Notes: generated by a model from the letters alone, not told the origin. A stretch of 64,000 bases of DNA from a virus (IMGVR_UViG_3300028591_005215:160001-224000); one strand, 5' to 3'. Positions 38,411 through 47,897 are shown, counted from the stretch's first letter. Made by a program: numbers and translations.

Positions 38411-38466
38411 TATTGTAAAATTTAAGCACATATTGATGTGCATTATTAATATAAACATTAAACATT

Positions 38467-39465
38467 ATGAGTAACAATTTTGGCGTTAATATTGACGCAG
38501 CAGCTGTTATCAGTCAGAACGAGCGGGAAACATATGTACCTGCTAAAAAGAAAACTGAATTTAATCCAAAAAATTATTTGAACGCACGTCTTGGAAAAGG
38601 TGAAACAACAAAGAAATTGAGGATTAGGTTATTACCATTTTCAAAAGAAGGGGGGAGTCCTTTCCAGAAAGTATCAATTCACACAGTTAAAGCAACTAAA
38701 GAAGGTGGGCAAGGGTGGAGAACCTTTGTATGCCCTGTTCATTCACATAAAGGTGATAAATGTCCTTTCTGTGAAACATCTGAACAGGCTAAACAATTGC
38801 GTCTTAAAACAGTAAATGAAGTTGAAAAGAAAAAGTACGGTGATATTGAATTTATGAATCGTGCTAAAGACGCTTGGATTGTTAGATGTATTGAACGTGA
38901 CCATGAAGAAGATGGTGTTAAATTCTGGCTTTTTAATGCTTCACGAAAGAAAGATGGTGTTTATGATAAAATCATCAATCTATTTAATGAAAGATGGGAA
39001 GAAGCAAAAGAAGTTGGTGAACAGTACAACATTTTTGATTTGAATGACGGAAAGGATTTAAACATTACTTTATCTAAAGACCCTAATAATAAAACAGTAA
39101 TACAAATTACTGATGCTAGTAGACCATCACCACTTTCAACTGACTACGACCAAGCACTTTCATGGATTGAAGACCCTAAGAAATGGGATGAAGTTTATAC
39201 AGTCAAACCATATGATTATATGGCTATTGTAGTTCAAGGAGGGTATCCTGTTTTCGATAAGCAAACACAAAAATATGTTGACAAGGAAGAACTTGACAAA
39301 CGTAAGGAAATCGAAAAACAGCAAGAAATTACGGAAAACTATACTGAACAAAAGAAAGATTTTACGCAATTTGTCGAAGATAAAATCGAAACAGCAGAAG
39401 AGCCTGTTAAAACTGTAGGTACAGCTTCTAAAATGTTTGTAGATGAAGAAGATTTGCCTTTCTAA
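38467..39465 (+). CDS. single-stranded DNA-binding protein (T4 gp32-like)
   Basis: IRLLP..PFQKVSIH..CP..GDKCPFCE; GVKFW; IFDLNDGKDLNI; acidic tail ending DEEDLPF. Confidence 0.85.
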   Translation: MSNNFGVNIDAAAVISQNERETYVPAKKKTEFNPKNYLNARLGKGETTKKLRIRLLPFSKEGGSPFQKVSIHTVKATKEGGQGWRTFVCPVHSHKGDKCPFCETSEQAKQLRLKTVNEVEKKKYGDIEFMNRAKDAWIVRCIERDHEEDGVKFWLFNASRKKDGVYDKIINLFNERWEEAKEVGEQYNIFDLNDGKDLNITLSKDPNNKTVIQITDASRPSPLSTDYDQALSWIEDPKKWDEVYTVKPYDYMAIVVQGGYPVFDKQTQKYVDKEELDKRKEIEKQQEITENYTEQKKDFTQFVEDKIETAEEPVKTVGTASKMFVDEEDLPF

Positions 39466-39491
39466 AATAATGATTAAGCATTAGACGGTTA

Positions 39492-40103
39492 ATGGCTAAA
39501 CTAACATTTATGTTCGGTGCTATGAATTCGAGAAAGAGCTTGGATTTGTTAGCAACTGCATATAATTTTGAAGAAAAAAACATACCTTTTATAGCACTCA
39601 AATCATCCCTAGATACAAGGGATGAAGGCGTTATAAGGTCAAGGGCAGGACTTGAAAGAAAATGCACAATTGTGACACCAGATGTCAATATTTATGAAGC
39701 AATTCATCAATATAATAATGTTTTAGCAGTACAAGGTGGTGAAACGTTAAAATGGATATTAGTTGATGAATGCCAATTTCTTACAGAAGAACAAATTGAC
39801 CAATTGTCTGATATTGTGGATTATATGAACATTACCGTGATGTGTTACGGATTGAGGACTGATTTTAAGTCACATTTATTTCCAGCATCTAAAAGACTTT
39901 TTGAAATAGCTGACAATATTGAAGAAATTAAATCATCTTGCGAATGTGGTAAGAAATCTATTATTAATGCAAGATTTGATAATAATAATAATGTTGTTAC
40001 AGAAGGCTCACAAATTCTTGTAGGTGGTAATGATATTTATCAGCCATTGTGTAGAAAATGTTGGAAAGAAAAAATAAGAGAAAGTAAAAAAGTTATGAAA
40101 TAG
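39492..40103 (+). CDS. tdk: thymidine kinase
   Basis: FGAMNSRKS, ILVDECQFL, CYGLRTDF, C-terminal YQPLCRKC. Confidence 0.95.
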   Translation: MAKLTFMFGAMNSRKSLDLLATAYNFEEKNIPFIALKSSLDTRDEGVIRSRAGLERKCTIVTPDVNIYEAIHQYNNVLAVQGGETLKWILVDECQFLTEEQIDQLSDIVDYMNITVMCYGLRTDFKSHLFPASKRLFEIADNIEEIKSSCECGKKSIINARFDNNNNVVTEGSQILVGGNDIYQPLCRKCWKEKIRESKKVMK

Positions 40104-41305
40104 TGGTTAAACAAGCTATAAAAAAGAAGAATTTTGCACGTCCATCAATCGCATCAATTAAGGAAAAGATGGGTCTTAATATTAAGAATGATGACTTAAC
40201 AGTTTCAAGTGCAAATAAACCTATTGAATTTATTACACTACCTGAAGCGTTCGTTAATGCAACTAAATTACCAGGAATTCCTAAAGGTGAATTGTCAATC
40301 GTATATGGGTGGAGTAATACAGGTAAAAGTACATTAATTAACTGTGTTATTGCATCTTGTCAAAAGTCAGGCATTTTGCCTGTTATATTTGATACCGAAT
40401 CACATTTTGATTTTAAATATGCTATTGATTGTGGTATGGAAGCAACACCTGTATATGGCGATGTGGAAGTTGAAGACGTTGATGAAGAAACAGGAGAAGT
40501 AACAGGTACACACACTGAAACACAAATTGTAAACTACGATGGTGATTTTATGTATTTTGACGGTGCTATCCTTTGTGAACTCTATGGTCATAATGATTAT
40601 TCGACAGGTAAAGAAACAAAGGTAAAACGAACAGTACCAGTTCTTGAAGATATTGCATATGCAATTAATAAAATTCTTGATATGCAAGATGCAGGTGAAA
40701 TTCAGCAAGATATTTGCTTCTTATGGGACTCAATTGGTTCAGTAATGTCTTATAAATCATTTGCAAGCAAGGTTGGAAATAATATGTTCGATGCAGGTGC
40801 TATGCAAACTGCATTTAATATGATTACAAATAATCGTATACCACTTTCTAAGAAAGTTAGTTCACCTTATACAAACACAATGTTCTGTGTAAATAAGATT
40901 TGGTTGGACTCTATGTCAGCACCTATGGCAGCACCTTCAATCGAATTGAAGGGTGGTAAGTCTATGTATTTTGCTGCGCACGGATTGATTATACAATTAG
41001 GTGGCGTTGTTAAGGCTTCAATTAAGCATCTTACGGCTACAAGTAAGGGACGTAATTACAATTGGGGTACATTAACTAAGATTAAGGTAATTAAGAATCA
41101 GTTGAGCACACCTTATAATCTAACTTATGAAGGAACAATGATTTGTGTTCACAATGGGTTGATTAGTGAAGACCAACAGGATGCTTATAAAAAGAATTAT
41201 GTGCCTAAGATTATGGCTGAACTTGAAAAGTCAGAAACTGGCCAAGATGTTGTAGTCGATTCAAAAGATATTACTTTTGATGAAAAAGAAGTTGATGAAG
41301 ATTAA
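40103..41305 (+). CDS. RecA/UvsX-family recombinase
   Basis: GIPKGELSIVYGWSNTGKST, VIFDTE, FLWDSIG, LKGGKSMYF, KIKVIKN. Confidence 0.9.
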   Translation: MVKQAIKKKNFARPSIASIKEKMGLNIKNDDLTVSSANKPIEFITLPEAFVNATKLPGIPKGELSIVYGWSNTGKSTLINCVIASCQKSGILPVIFDTESHFDFKYAIDCGMEATPVYGDVEVEDVDEETGEVTGTHTETQIVNYDGDFMYFDGAILCELYGHNDYSTGKETKVKRTVPVLEDIAYAINKILDMQDAGEIQQDICFLWDSIGSVMSYKSFASKVGNNMFDAGAMQTAFNMITNNRIPLSKKVSSPYTNTMFCVNKIWLDSMSAPMAAPSIELKGGKSMYFAAHGLIIQLGGVVKASIKHLTATSKGRNYNWGTLTKIKVIKNQLSTPYNLTYEGTMICVHNGLISEDQQDAYKKNYVPKIMAELEKSETGQDVVVDSKDITFDEKEVDED

Positions 41306-42573
41306 TGGGTAGTAAAAAAACATTAGCAGACTTTGCTAAAGATTTAAAAAATGTTTGGGGAGATAGGTATACTATTTCCCCAAATACTGTTTATGTAAAC
41401 ACACATACTAAATTAAAAATAATATGTAAAAAACATGGCGAATTTGATGCTGAGCCAAATAGTTTATTACATGGACACGGTTGTAAAAAGTGTAGAGCAG
41501 AAACTGTAGGTAAAGATAGAGTTTTAAAAAATGAAGACGTAATCAATAATATAAAAAAAATACATGGTGATAAATATGACTTGTCTAAAATAAACTATGT
41601 GAATGCAAGGACAAAAATTACACCTATTTGTAAAAAACATGGCATGTTTTATATTAGATATTCTGATTTAATGAATGGACATGGTTGCCCTATATGTAGT
41701 AGTAACATTTCTAATCCAGAAAACGAAATATATGAATTTGTCAAGCAATATTTTGATGACGCAATACATAATGATAAAACAATAATAAGCCCTTTAGAAA
41801 TAGATATATTTATACCTTCAATAAATGTTGGGATTGAATACAATGGATTAAGATGGCATTCAGAAGAATTTCAAAAAGATAAAAATTATCATCTCAATAA
41901 ACTTAATAAATGCAACGAAAAAGGCATAAAATTAATACAGATTTTTGAAGATGAATACATTGAAAATAAATCTTTAGTTAAAGAAAAAATATTACATATA
42001 TTAGGTGTAAATAATAACTTGCCAAAAATAATGGGTAGAAAGTGTACAATTAACGAAATTAGCAAAGAAGAAGCGGAAGTATTCTTGACAAAGAATCATA
42101 TACAAGGCTTTGCTAGTTCATCAATTTACCTTGGGTGTTTTTATAATGATTTATTGGTTGGCGTCATGTCTTTTCTAAAAGAAAAAGAAGGTTACTGGAA
42201 CCTTACAAGATTCGCATCTAATAATGAATATATTTGCAATGGTGTAGGTGGTAAATTATTTAAATATTTTACTAAAAAATACGACCCAATAGAAGTTAAA
42301 TCTTTTGCTGATAGAAGATGGACAACTAATCCTGAGGATAATTTATATATAAAATTAAATTTCAAGCTTACAAACATTTTAAGACCAGATTATAGGTATG
42401 TTTTTAGGAAAGAATACGGGTTAAAACGTGTGCATAAATTTAATTTTAGAAAACAACATTTGAACAGGAAATATGGTTTACCATTAACTATGACTGAGTC
42501 AGAAATGACTGAAGCTTTAGGAGCATATAAGATATGGGATTGTGGCTTATTTAAATATGTTTGGAAAAAATAA
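41305..42573 (+). CDS. free-standing (Hef-like) endonuclease: 2 Zn-repeats, Vsr/PD-(D/E)XK domain, GNAT-like domain
   Basis: CKKHG..GHGCKKC / CPIC; LEIDIFIP..GIEYNGLRWHS; MGRKC..GVGGKLF..IWDCG; TAATG-coupled to recA. Confidence 0.8.
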   Translation: MGSKKTLADFAKDLKNVWGDRYTISPNTVYVNTHTKLKIICKKHGEFDAEPNSLLHGHGCKKCRAETVGKDRVLKNEDVINNIKKIHGDKYDLSKINYVNARTKITPICKKHGMFYIRYSDLMNGHGCPICSSNISNPENEIYEFVKQYFDDAIHNDKTIISPLEIDIFIPSINVGIEYNGLRWHSEEFQKDKNYHLNKLNKCNEKGIKLIQIFEDEYIENKSLVKEKILHILGVNNNLPKIMGRKCTINEISKEEAEVFLTKNHIQGFASSSIYLGCFYNDLLVGVMSFLKEKEGYWNLTRFASNNEYICNGVGGKLFKYFTKKYDPIEVKSFADRRWTTNPEDNLYIKLNFKLTNILRPDYRYVFRKEYGLKRVHKFNFRKQHLNRKYGLPLTMTESEMTEALGAYKIWDCGLFKYVWKK

Positions 42574-42633
42574 TGAAAGAAACTTTTCATTCTTTTTTTT
42601 TGCTATAGATATTTATTAATAAAAAATACTAAT

Positions 42634-43308
42634 ATGGCAAAGAAATTAATTAGACTAACTGAAAGTGATTTACATAGAATTATCGAAAACTCAGTAAAAA
42701 GAGTTTTGAAAGAAAGTCAATTGAATGAACTTGATTGGAGGACATACGCAAATGCATCAAGGAAATGGGCTGACCATTTAATGCAGCATCCAGATGACCC
42801 AAGAAGGAAATCTGGCATTGTAGGACATACTGATAGCACAGGTACGCATGATATTACTACTGATAATAGATTGAGGGGATTTAATGATGCTATGAGGAAG
42901 AGCTTTAATGATGAATATGGGTATAATGCGCTTACAAGTGATGAAGTTGAGAAAAATGGTCTTGGCATACGTGACAAAGAAGGGTATTATGAAATGCCTT
43001 TTGAAACTGATAATATAGGTATGCGTGGATATTATGACCACCTATCTACAGAAACAGGTACAAATGCACCTGGTGGTAAACGGCACAAAATTCACAGAAT
43101 GGAAGACCAATTTGACTTACCTAATATATCAAATGGTGAAACATCAAGTGAACCGCATCGTGCATATAATAAAAAAGGCACATGGTCTAAAGAAAGAAGA
43201 TATGATATGAGCCCAGTAGATGATAAATTTGATAGCTACCCTTATATGAGAGCAAGAAATAGAGGTAATAAAGCTATTATGGACTATCAAAAGAATGGAT
43301 GGAAATAA
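42634..43308 (+). CDS. hypothetical protein with N-terminal RLTESDLH tag
   Basis: MAKKLIRLTESDLHRIIENSVKRVLKESQLNE; TATTTAT at 42610. Confidence 0.75.
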   Translation: MAKKLIRLTESDLHRIIENSVKRVLKESQLNELDWRTYANASRKWADHLMQHPDDPRRKSGIVGHTDSTGTHDITTDNRLRGFNDAMRKSFNDEYGYNALTSDEVEKNGLGIRDKEGYYEMPFETDNIGMRGYYDHLSTETGTNAPGGKRHKIHRMEDQFDLPNISNGETSSEPHRAYNKKGTWSKERRYDMSPVDDKFDSYPYMRARNRGNKAIMDYQKNGWK

Positions 43309-43340
43309 AATCTGTTGAATGAAAATATTCATTGGTATAC

Positions 43341-43372
43341 AAATCCAACTCATTTCTGAGTTGGATTTTTTT
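43341..43372 (+). terminator. intrinsic terminator
   Basis: AAATCCAACTCA-TTTC-TGAGTTGGATTTTTTT. Confidence 0.85.
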
Positions 43373-43410
43373 ATTTACCAAAAATATTTATTAGTAATAA
43401 GATTTAAATT

Positions 43411-44568
43411 ATGATTATTACAGATAAAGTAAAAGACTTATTTAAAATCGCCAGAACTTTATGCGGTGCTCCAATCAGAAGTGTCCAGTTAACTGATGAC
43501 CAAATGTGCGACTTGCTAAAAGTTGCTATTGGTGATTATGCTGAAGTTGTGCAAAATTGGGTAATTGAATCGCAATGGATTAATGCCCAAGGTAGTCAAA
43601 TGATGCTTAAAGACCCTTCACAAGCAGCGTATGCCCTTACCATTAGGACGTTAGATTGGTCAAGGGACTATTCGTATTGGTTTTCACGTGAAGTTGGACT
43701 ACAGCAAAGAGGTAATTATGAATTGAAGAAAGATTTCTTTAAAATTGAGGCTGGTAAACAAGTGTATATAATACCTGCAGGACGAGAAATAAATAAAGTA
43801 CTATATATAACACCATCAACAACAAAAGCAGCTCTATATGGAACGTATGGGTCGTTTGATGGAGGTTTTGCTGGTGGCTTTGGACAAGTAGGAGATATTA
43901 ATCACCCAATGGGAATGCTAGGTATGTATGTTGGGTCAGTTTATGATGTTGCATTGCAAGCTGCTGACTTGAAATACAAGAATTCATTAATTAGAGGTGA
44001 TATGGCATACGAAGTTACTGCTGGTCCTAATGGTACACATCTTGTACATTTACTTTCTACACCAGGTAGTAGAAATAGCATGGGCGGAGTTTCTGCTGAT
44101 GATAGTTGGGGATGGAATCAATTCAAAGATTGCTATTGCTGGTATACATACTATGACGTAAGTAATACTGATGAAGAAGGCGCTACACAATGCCTTATTG
44201 ACAATAAGGATGATGTGTTAATAACACCAGACCAAGTCCCTTTGGATGAAATGCAATATGAATTAATGAACAACCCTACGCAACAGATAATTAGGCAATT
44301 GTTTGTTGCTGAATGCATGATAACATTAGGTATTATAAGGGGTACTTACTCAGGTACAGTGAAAATCCCGCAAGCAGAGATGCAGATGGACTATCAGATG
44401 TTACTAGAAATGGGCAAAGCTGAGAAGGAAAGAGTGTTTAATAACTTGAAAGAAAGGTTAAATGAAATGCTTCCTTGGAATCAATTACAGCATCAAGCAG
44501 ACTTAACTGATAATTTAATGAAAGTTTTACAGCAAAAACCAATGCCATTTAATTTTATGGTGAGATAA
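43411..44568 (+). CDS. neck / head-tail adaptor protein (T4 gp13-like)
   Basis: CGAPIRSVQLTDDQM; C-term LGIIRGTYSG..IP..MDYQMLLEMGKAEKE. Confidence 0.8.
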   Translation: MIITDKVKDLFKIARTLCGAPIRSVQLTDDQMCDLLKVAIGDYAEVVQNWVIESQWINAQGSQMMLKDPSQAAYALTIRTLDWSRDYSYWFSREVGLQQRGNYELKKDFFKIEAGKQVYIIPAGREINKVLYITPSTTKAALYGTYGSFDGGFAGGFGQVGDINHPMGMLGMYVGSVYDVALQAADLKYKNSLIRGDMAYEVTAGPNGTHLVHLLSTPGSRNSMGGVSADDSWGWNQFKDCYCWYTYYDVSNTDEEGATQCLIDNKDDVLITPDQVPLDEMQYELMNNPTQQIIRQLFVAECMITLGIIRGTYSGTVKIPQAEMQMDYQMLLEMGKAEKERVFNNLKERLNEMLPWNQLQHQADLTDNLMKVLQQKPMPFNFMVR

Positions 44569-44574
44569 TAATAT

Positions 44575-44612
44575 AAGGGATAATTATTTTGACAAATAGT
44601 TGTCCCTTTTTT
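44575..44612 (+). terminator. intrinsic terminator
   Basis: AAGGGATAATTATTT-loop-AAATAGTTGTCCCTTTTTT. Confidence 0.7.
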
Positions 44613-44660
44613 CTTTTTTATAATATTTATTTATATATTTGCTAAAATGGCATAAAATGT

Positions 44661-46529
44661 ATGGATAAACAAGAGAGATTTATACAACGGGCAAATGTAA
44701 TACATAATAATAAATACGATTACTCAAAAGTAGAGTACAACTCAGCTAAAGAAAAAGTTTGCATTATATGTCCTGAGCATGGCGAATTTTGGCAAACACC
44801 AAAGCAGCATTTGAAGGGACATGGGTGTAAAAAATGTGCTTCAGCTTTATCAAGTAATAAAAGGTCTTCAACGAAAGAAGAATTTATTGAACGAGCAAAA
44901 TTAGTACATGGCGATAAGTATAATTATAGTAACGTTGAATACGTTAATAATTCAACACCAATTTGCATTATATGCCCTGAACATGGTGAATTTTATCAAT
45001 CACCTAAATCACATCTAAATGGGTCTGGATGCCCAAAATGTTTTGATGAAAGAAGACGTTACATAAGGAAATATGATACTAAACTTTTTGTTGAAAAAGC
45101 TAAATTGGCTCACAATGGCAAATACGATTATTCAAAAGTAGATTATAAAGATTCCAGTGCTAAGATTTGTATTATATGTCCTGAACATGGTGAATTTTGG
45201 CAAACACCTGCACATCATTTAAATGGCGAAGGGTGTCCTAAATGCGCTTTATCTGTAAAATCTGAAGAACAACAAATGACTAAGGGCAGCTTTGTTGAAG
45301 CAGCTAATAAAATACATAATAATAAGTATTCATACTATAAATTTATTTACAATGGTGGTAAAGAAAAGTCAACTATAATTTGTCCTGTTCATGGTGAATT
45401 TGAAATGACACCAAATGCACACTTAAGAGGCCAAGGATGCCCTATTTGTGGTATAGAAGCAACTGCTAATAAATTAAGAGGAAATAAAGAAGACTTTATA
45501 AAAAAATCTAAAGAAATACATGGTGATAAGTATGATTACTCAAAAGTTAATTATGTAAATTATAAAACTAAAGTAGAAATTATTTGCAAAAAGCACGGGT
45601 CATTCCTAATTACACCATGTAATCATATTCAAAATCAAGCAGGATGTCCTAAATGCACTCATCAGCAATCTAAATCAGAAAAAGAAATTTATGAATACAT
45701 AAATAATTTAAATGTCTTCTGCGAAGAAGGTGATAGGGGAATTCTTAAAGGGAGAGAAATAGATGTGTTTGCCCCAATATTTCGTGTTGGCATTGAATTT
45801 GATGGACTAAGATGGCATAGTGAATTGTATAGGGATAAATCTTATCACTTAAACAAGACAATTGAATGTGAAAATAAAGGAATAAGATTGATACATATAT
45901 TTGAAGATGAATGGCTAAATAAACGTGATATATGGGAATCAATGCTTAGAAATGTATTTCATAAAATAACAAATAAAATTTACGCTAGAAAATGTACTTT
46001 AAAACTTGTACCTGAACGTGATAAAAAAATATTTTTAAACGGTAATCATATACAGGGCAATGCTAATAGCTCAATTAATTTAGGGTTATATTATAATGAT
46101 GAATTAGTGTCGTTAATGACTTTTGGCAAACCAAGAATAAATATGGGTGGAAAAGATAAAGATGGGTATTGGGAGCTTGTTAGGTTTTGTAATAAAATAA
46201 ATACTTCAGTTGTAGGTGGGGCAAGTAAATTATTTAAGCATTTCGTTAAGAATTATGACCCAATTAATATAGTATCTTATTCTGATAAAAGATGGTCAAC
46301 AGGTGGACTATATGACAAATTAGGGTTTATACATGACCATGATTCAAAGCCAAATTATTATTATGTTATTAATAATGAAAGAAAAAATAGATTTGGGTTT
46401 AGAAAAGATAAATTAATTAAAGAAGGCTTTGATAAAAATAAATCAGAACATGAAATAATGTTAGAAAGAAAAATATATAGAATATATGACTGTGGATGTA
46501 GGTGTCATATATGGAAAAAATGTAAATAG
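44661..46529 (+). CDS. free-standing (Hef-like) endonuclease: 5 Zn-repeats, Vsr/PD-(D/E)XK domain, GNAT-like domain
   Basis: 5x CxxHGxFxxxPxxHLxGxGCPxC; REIDVFAP..GIEFDGLRWHS; IYARKC..VVGGASKLF..YDKLGF..IYDCG. Confidence 0.8.
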   Translation: MDKQERFIQRANVIHNNKYDYSKVEYNSAKEKVCIICPEHGEFWQTPKQHLKGHGCKKCASALSSNKRSSTKEEFIERAKLVHGDKYNYSNVEYVNNSTPICIICPEHGEFYQSPKSHLNGSGCPKCFDERRRYIRKYDTKLFVEKAKLAHNGKYDYSKVDYKDSSAKICIICPEHGEFWQTPAHHLNGEGCPKCALSVKSEEQQMTKGSFVEAANKIHNNKYSYYKFIYNGGKEKSTIICPVHGEFEMTPNAHLRGQGCPICGIEATANKLRGNKEDFIKKSKEIHGDKYDYSKVNYVNYKTKVEIICKKHGSFLITPCNHIQNQAGCPKCTHQQSKSEKEIYEYINNLNVFCEEGDRGILKGREIDVFAPIFRVGIEFDGLRWHSELYRDKSYHLNKTIECENKGIRLIHIFEDEWLNKRDIWESMLRNVFHKITNKIYARKCTLKLVPERDKKIFLNGNHIQGNANSSINLGLYYNDELVSLMTFGKPRINMGGKDKDGYWELVRFCNKINTSVVGGASKLFKHFVKNYDPINIVSYSDKRWSTGGLYDKLGFIHDHDSKPNYYYVINNERKNRFGFRKDKLIKEGFDKNKSEHEIMLERKIYRIYDCGCRCHIWKKCK

Positions 46530-46557
46530 CAGAAATTATAATCTGCTATTTTTTTTT
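46524..46557 (+). terminator. intrinsic terminator
   Basis: AAATAGCAGA-loop-TCTGCTATTTTTTTTT. Confidence 0.7.
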
Positions 46558-46726
46558 ATTTTATTAACATTTTTTATATATTTACAAAAAATTATATAGG
46601 CAATTGCTTCAAGCTTTTTTTGCGTTGAGAAGGGACGAAAATATGTGGACATAGAAATTATCTATTGACACATAAAAGTCGCACAGAAGCGAATTAATAA
46701 AGCTATAAATGAATTAATTAAAGAAG

Positions 46727-47896
46727 ATGGTAAAACAAGTAGTTAAAAGGGTAAGAAAAATAGCTAATGGTATAAATGATGAGAAATTATTATATACATT
46801 ATTAATAGATGGTAATTCACTTTTGAAATCTTCACTTGTTAATAAAGAAATGAATTCAAAAGGGCAAGAATATGGTGCAGTGTGGAATATGTTAAGACGT
46901 ATAGGTGAACTTTTACTTAAAAAGGACTTTAATTATTGCATAGTTGCTTGGGACGGTAATGGTTCTGGCGTGCTTAGATATAAGTATTATCCTCTTTACA
47001 AAGCCAATCGTGATAAGCATTATGATAATTTTGTTGCGCAAACTGATTATGATAAGAAAATAGCTGATTATTGTAGAAAGGTATTGGCTTATCATAAAGG
47101 AAATAAAAAAGAAGTTAAACGTTCTGAAACTGATGATGAATCATTTGAAAGGCAACGAAGTATCATACAAGAAATACTTGACAACCTATATGTGAGACAA
47201 TTTATGTATGATGATGTAGAAGGTGATGATTTAATTGCGTATTATTGTAAAAATAAAAAGCAAAACGAACGAATTGTAATAGTTTCAGAAGATAGGGATA
47301 TTACGCAGCTTATTAATGATGAAATATGCATATGGATTCCATCAATTCATAAATTTATAACGCCCAATAATGACGTAGAAGAATTAGGCTACACTCATGA
47401 AAATGTTGTTTTGAAAAAAATTATTTGTGGTGATGCTTCAGATAATATATATGGCATTAAAGGTGTTGCTGAAAAGGGTTTACTTAAACAATTCCCAGAT
47501 TTAAAAGACAAAAAATGTACTTTAAATGAGATATTAGAGCGTTGCGAAGAAATACAAGGTGAAAGGACTAAAGACAAGAAAAAACCTCTTAAATCGCTTG
47601 AAAACATCCTTAATCGTGTAACAGACGGATGCCAAGGTAAAGATATATTTGAAATAAATGAAAAAATTATAGATTTATCTGTTCCTTTATTAACAGAGGA
47701 AGCTGAAAACGAATTGAAAATTGAATTGTATGCGCCAATAGACCCTGATGATAGGGACATTAAGAATGTTTATAAAATTATATATGATAATGATATGAAA
47801 AGATTACAAAATGAGACGATATTTGGTAATGTTTTTGGACCTTTTGAACGAATTTGTAAGATGGAAAAAAAATATTTTGCAGAAAATCATAAATAA
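46727..47896 (+). CDS. 5'-3' exonuclease / flap endonuclease (T4 RNase H, PolI N-domain family)
   Basis: LLIDGNSL, VAWDG, RYKYYPLYKANR, VEGDDLIA, VSEDRDITQL, GDASDNIYGIKGVAEK. Confidence 0.92.
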   Translation: MVKQVVKRVRKIANGINDEKLLYTLLIDGNSLLKSSLVNKEMNSKGQEYGAVWNMLRRIGELLLKKDFNYCIVAWDGNGSGVLRYKYYPLYKANRDKHYDNFVAQTDYDKKIADYCRKVLAYHKGNKKEVKRSETDDESFERQRSIIQEILDNLYVRQFMYDDVEGDDLIAYYCKNKKQNERIVIVSEDRDITQLINDEICIWIPSIHKFITPNNDVEELGYTHENVVLKKIICGDASDNIYGIKGVAEKGLLKQFPDLKDKKCTLNEILERCEEIQGERTKDKKKPLKSLENILNRVTDGCQGKDIFEINEKIIDLSVPLLTEEAENELKIELYAPIDPDDRDIKNVYKIIYDNDMKRLQNETIFGNVFGPFERICKMEKKYFAENHK

Positions 47897-47897
47897 T

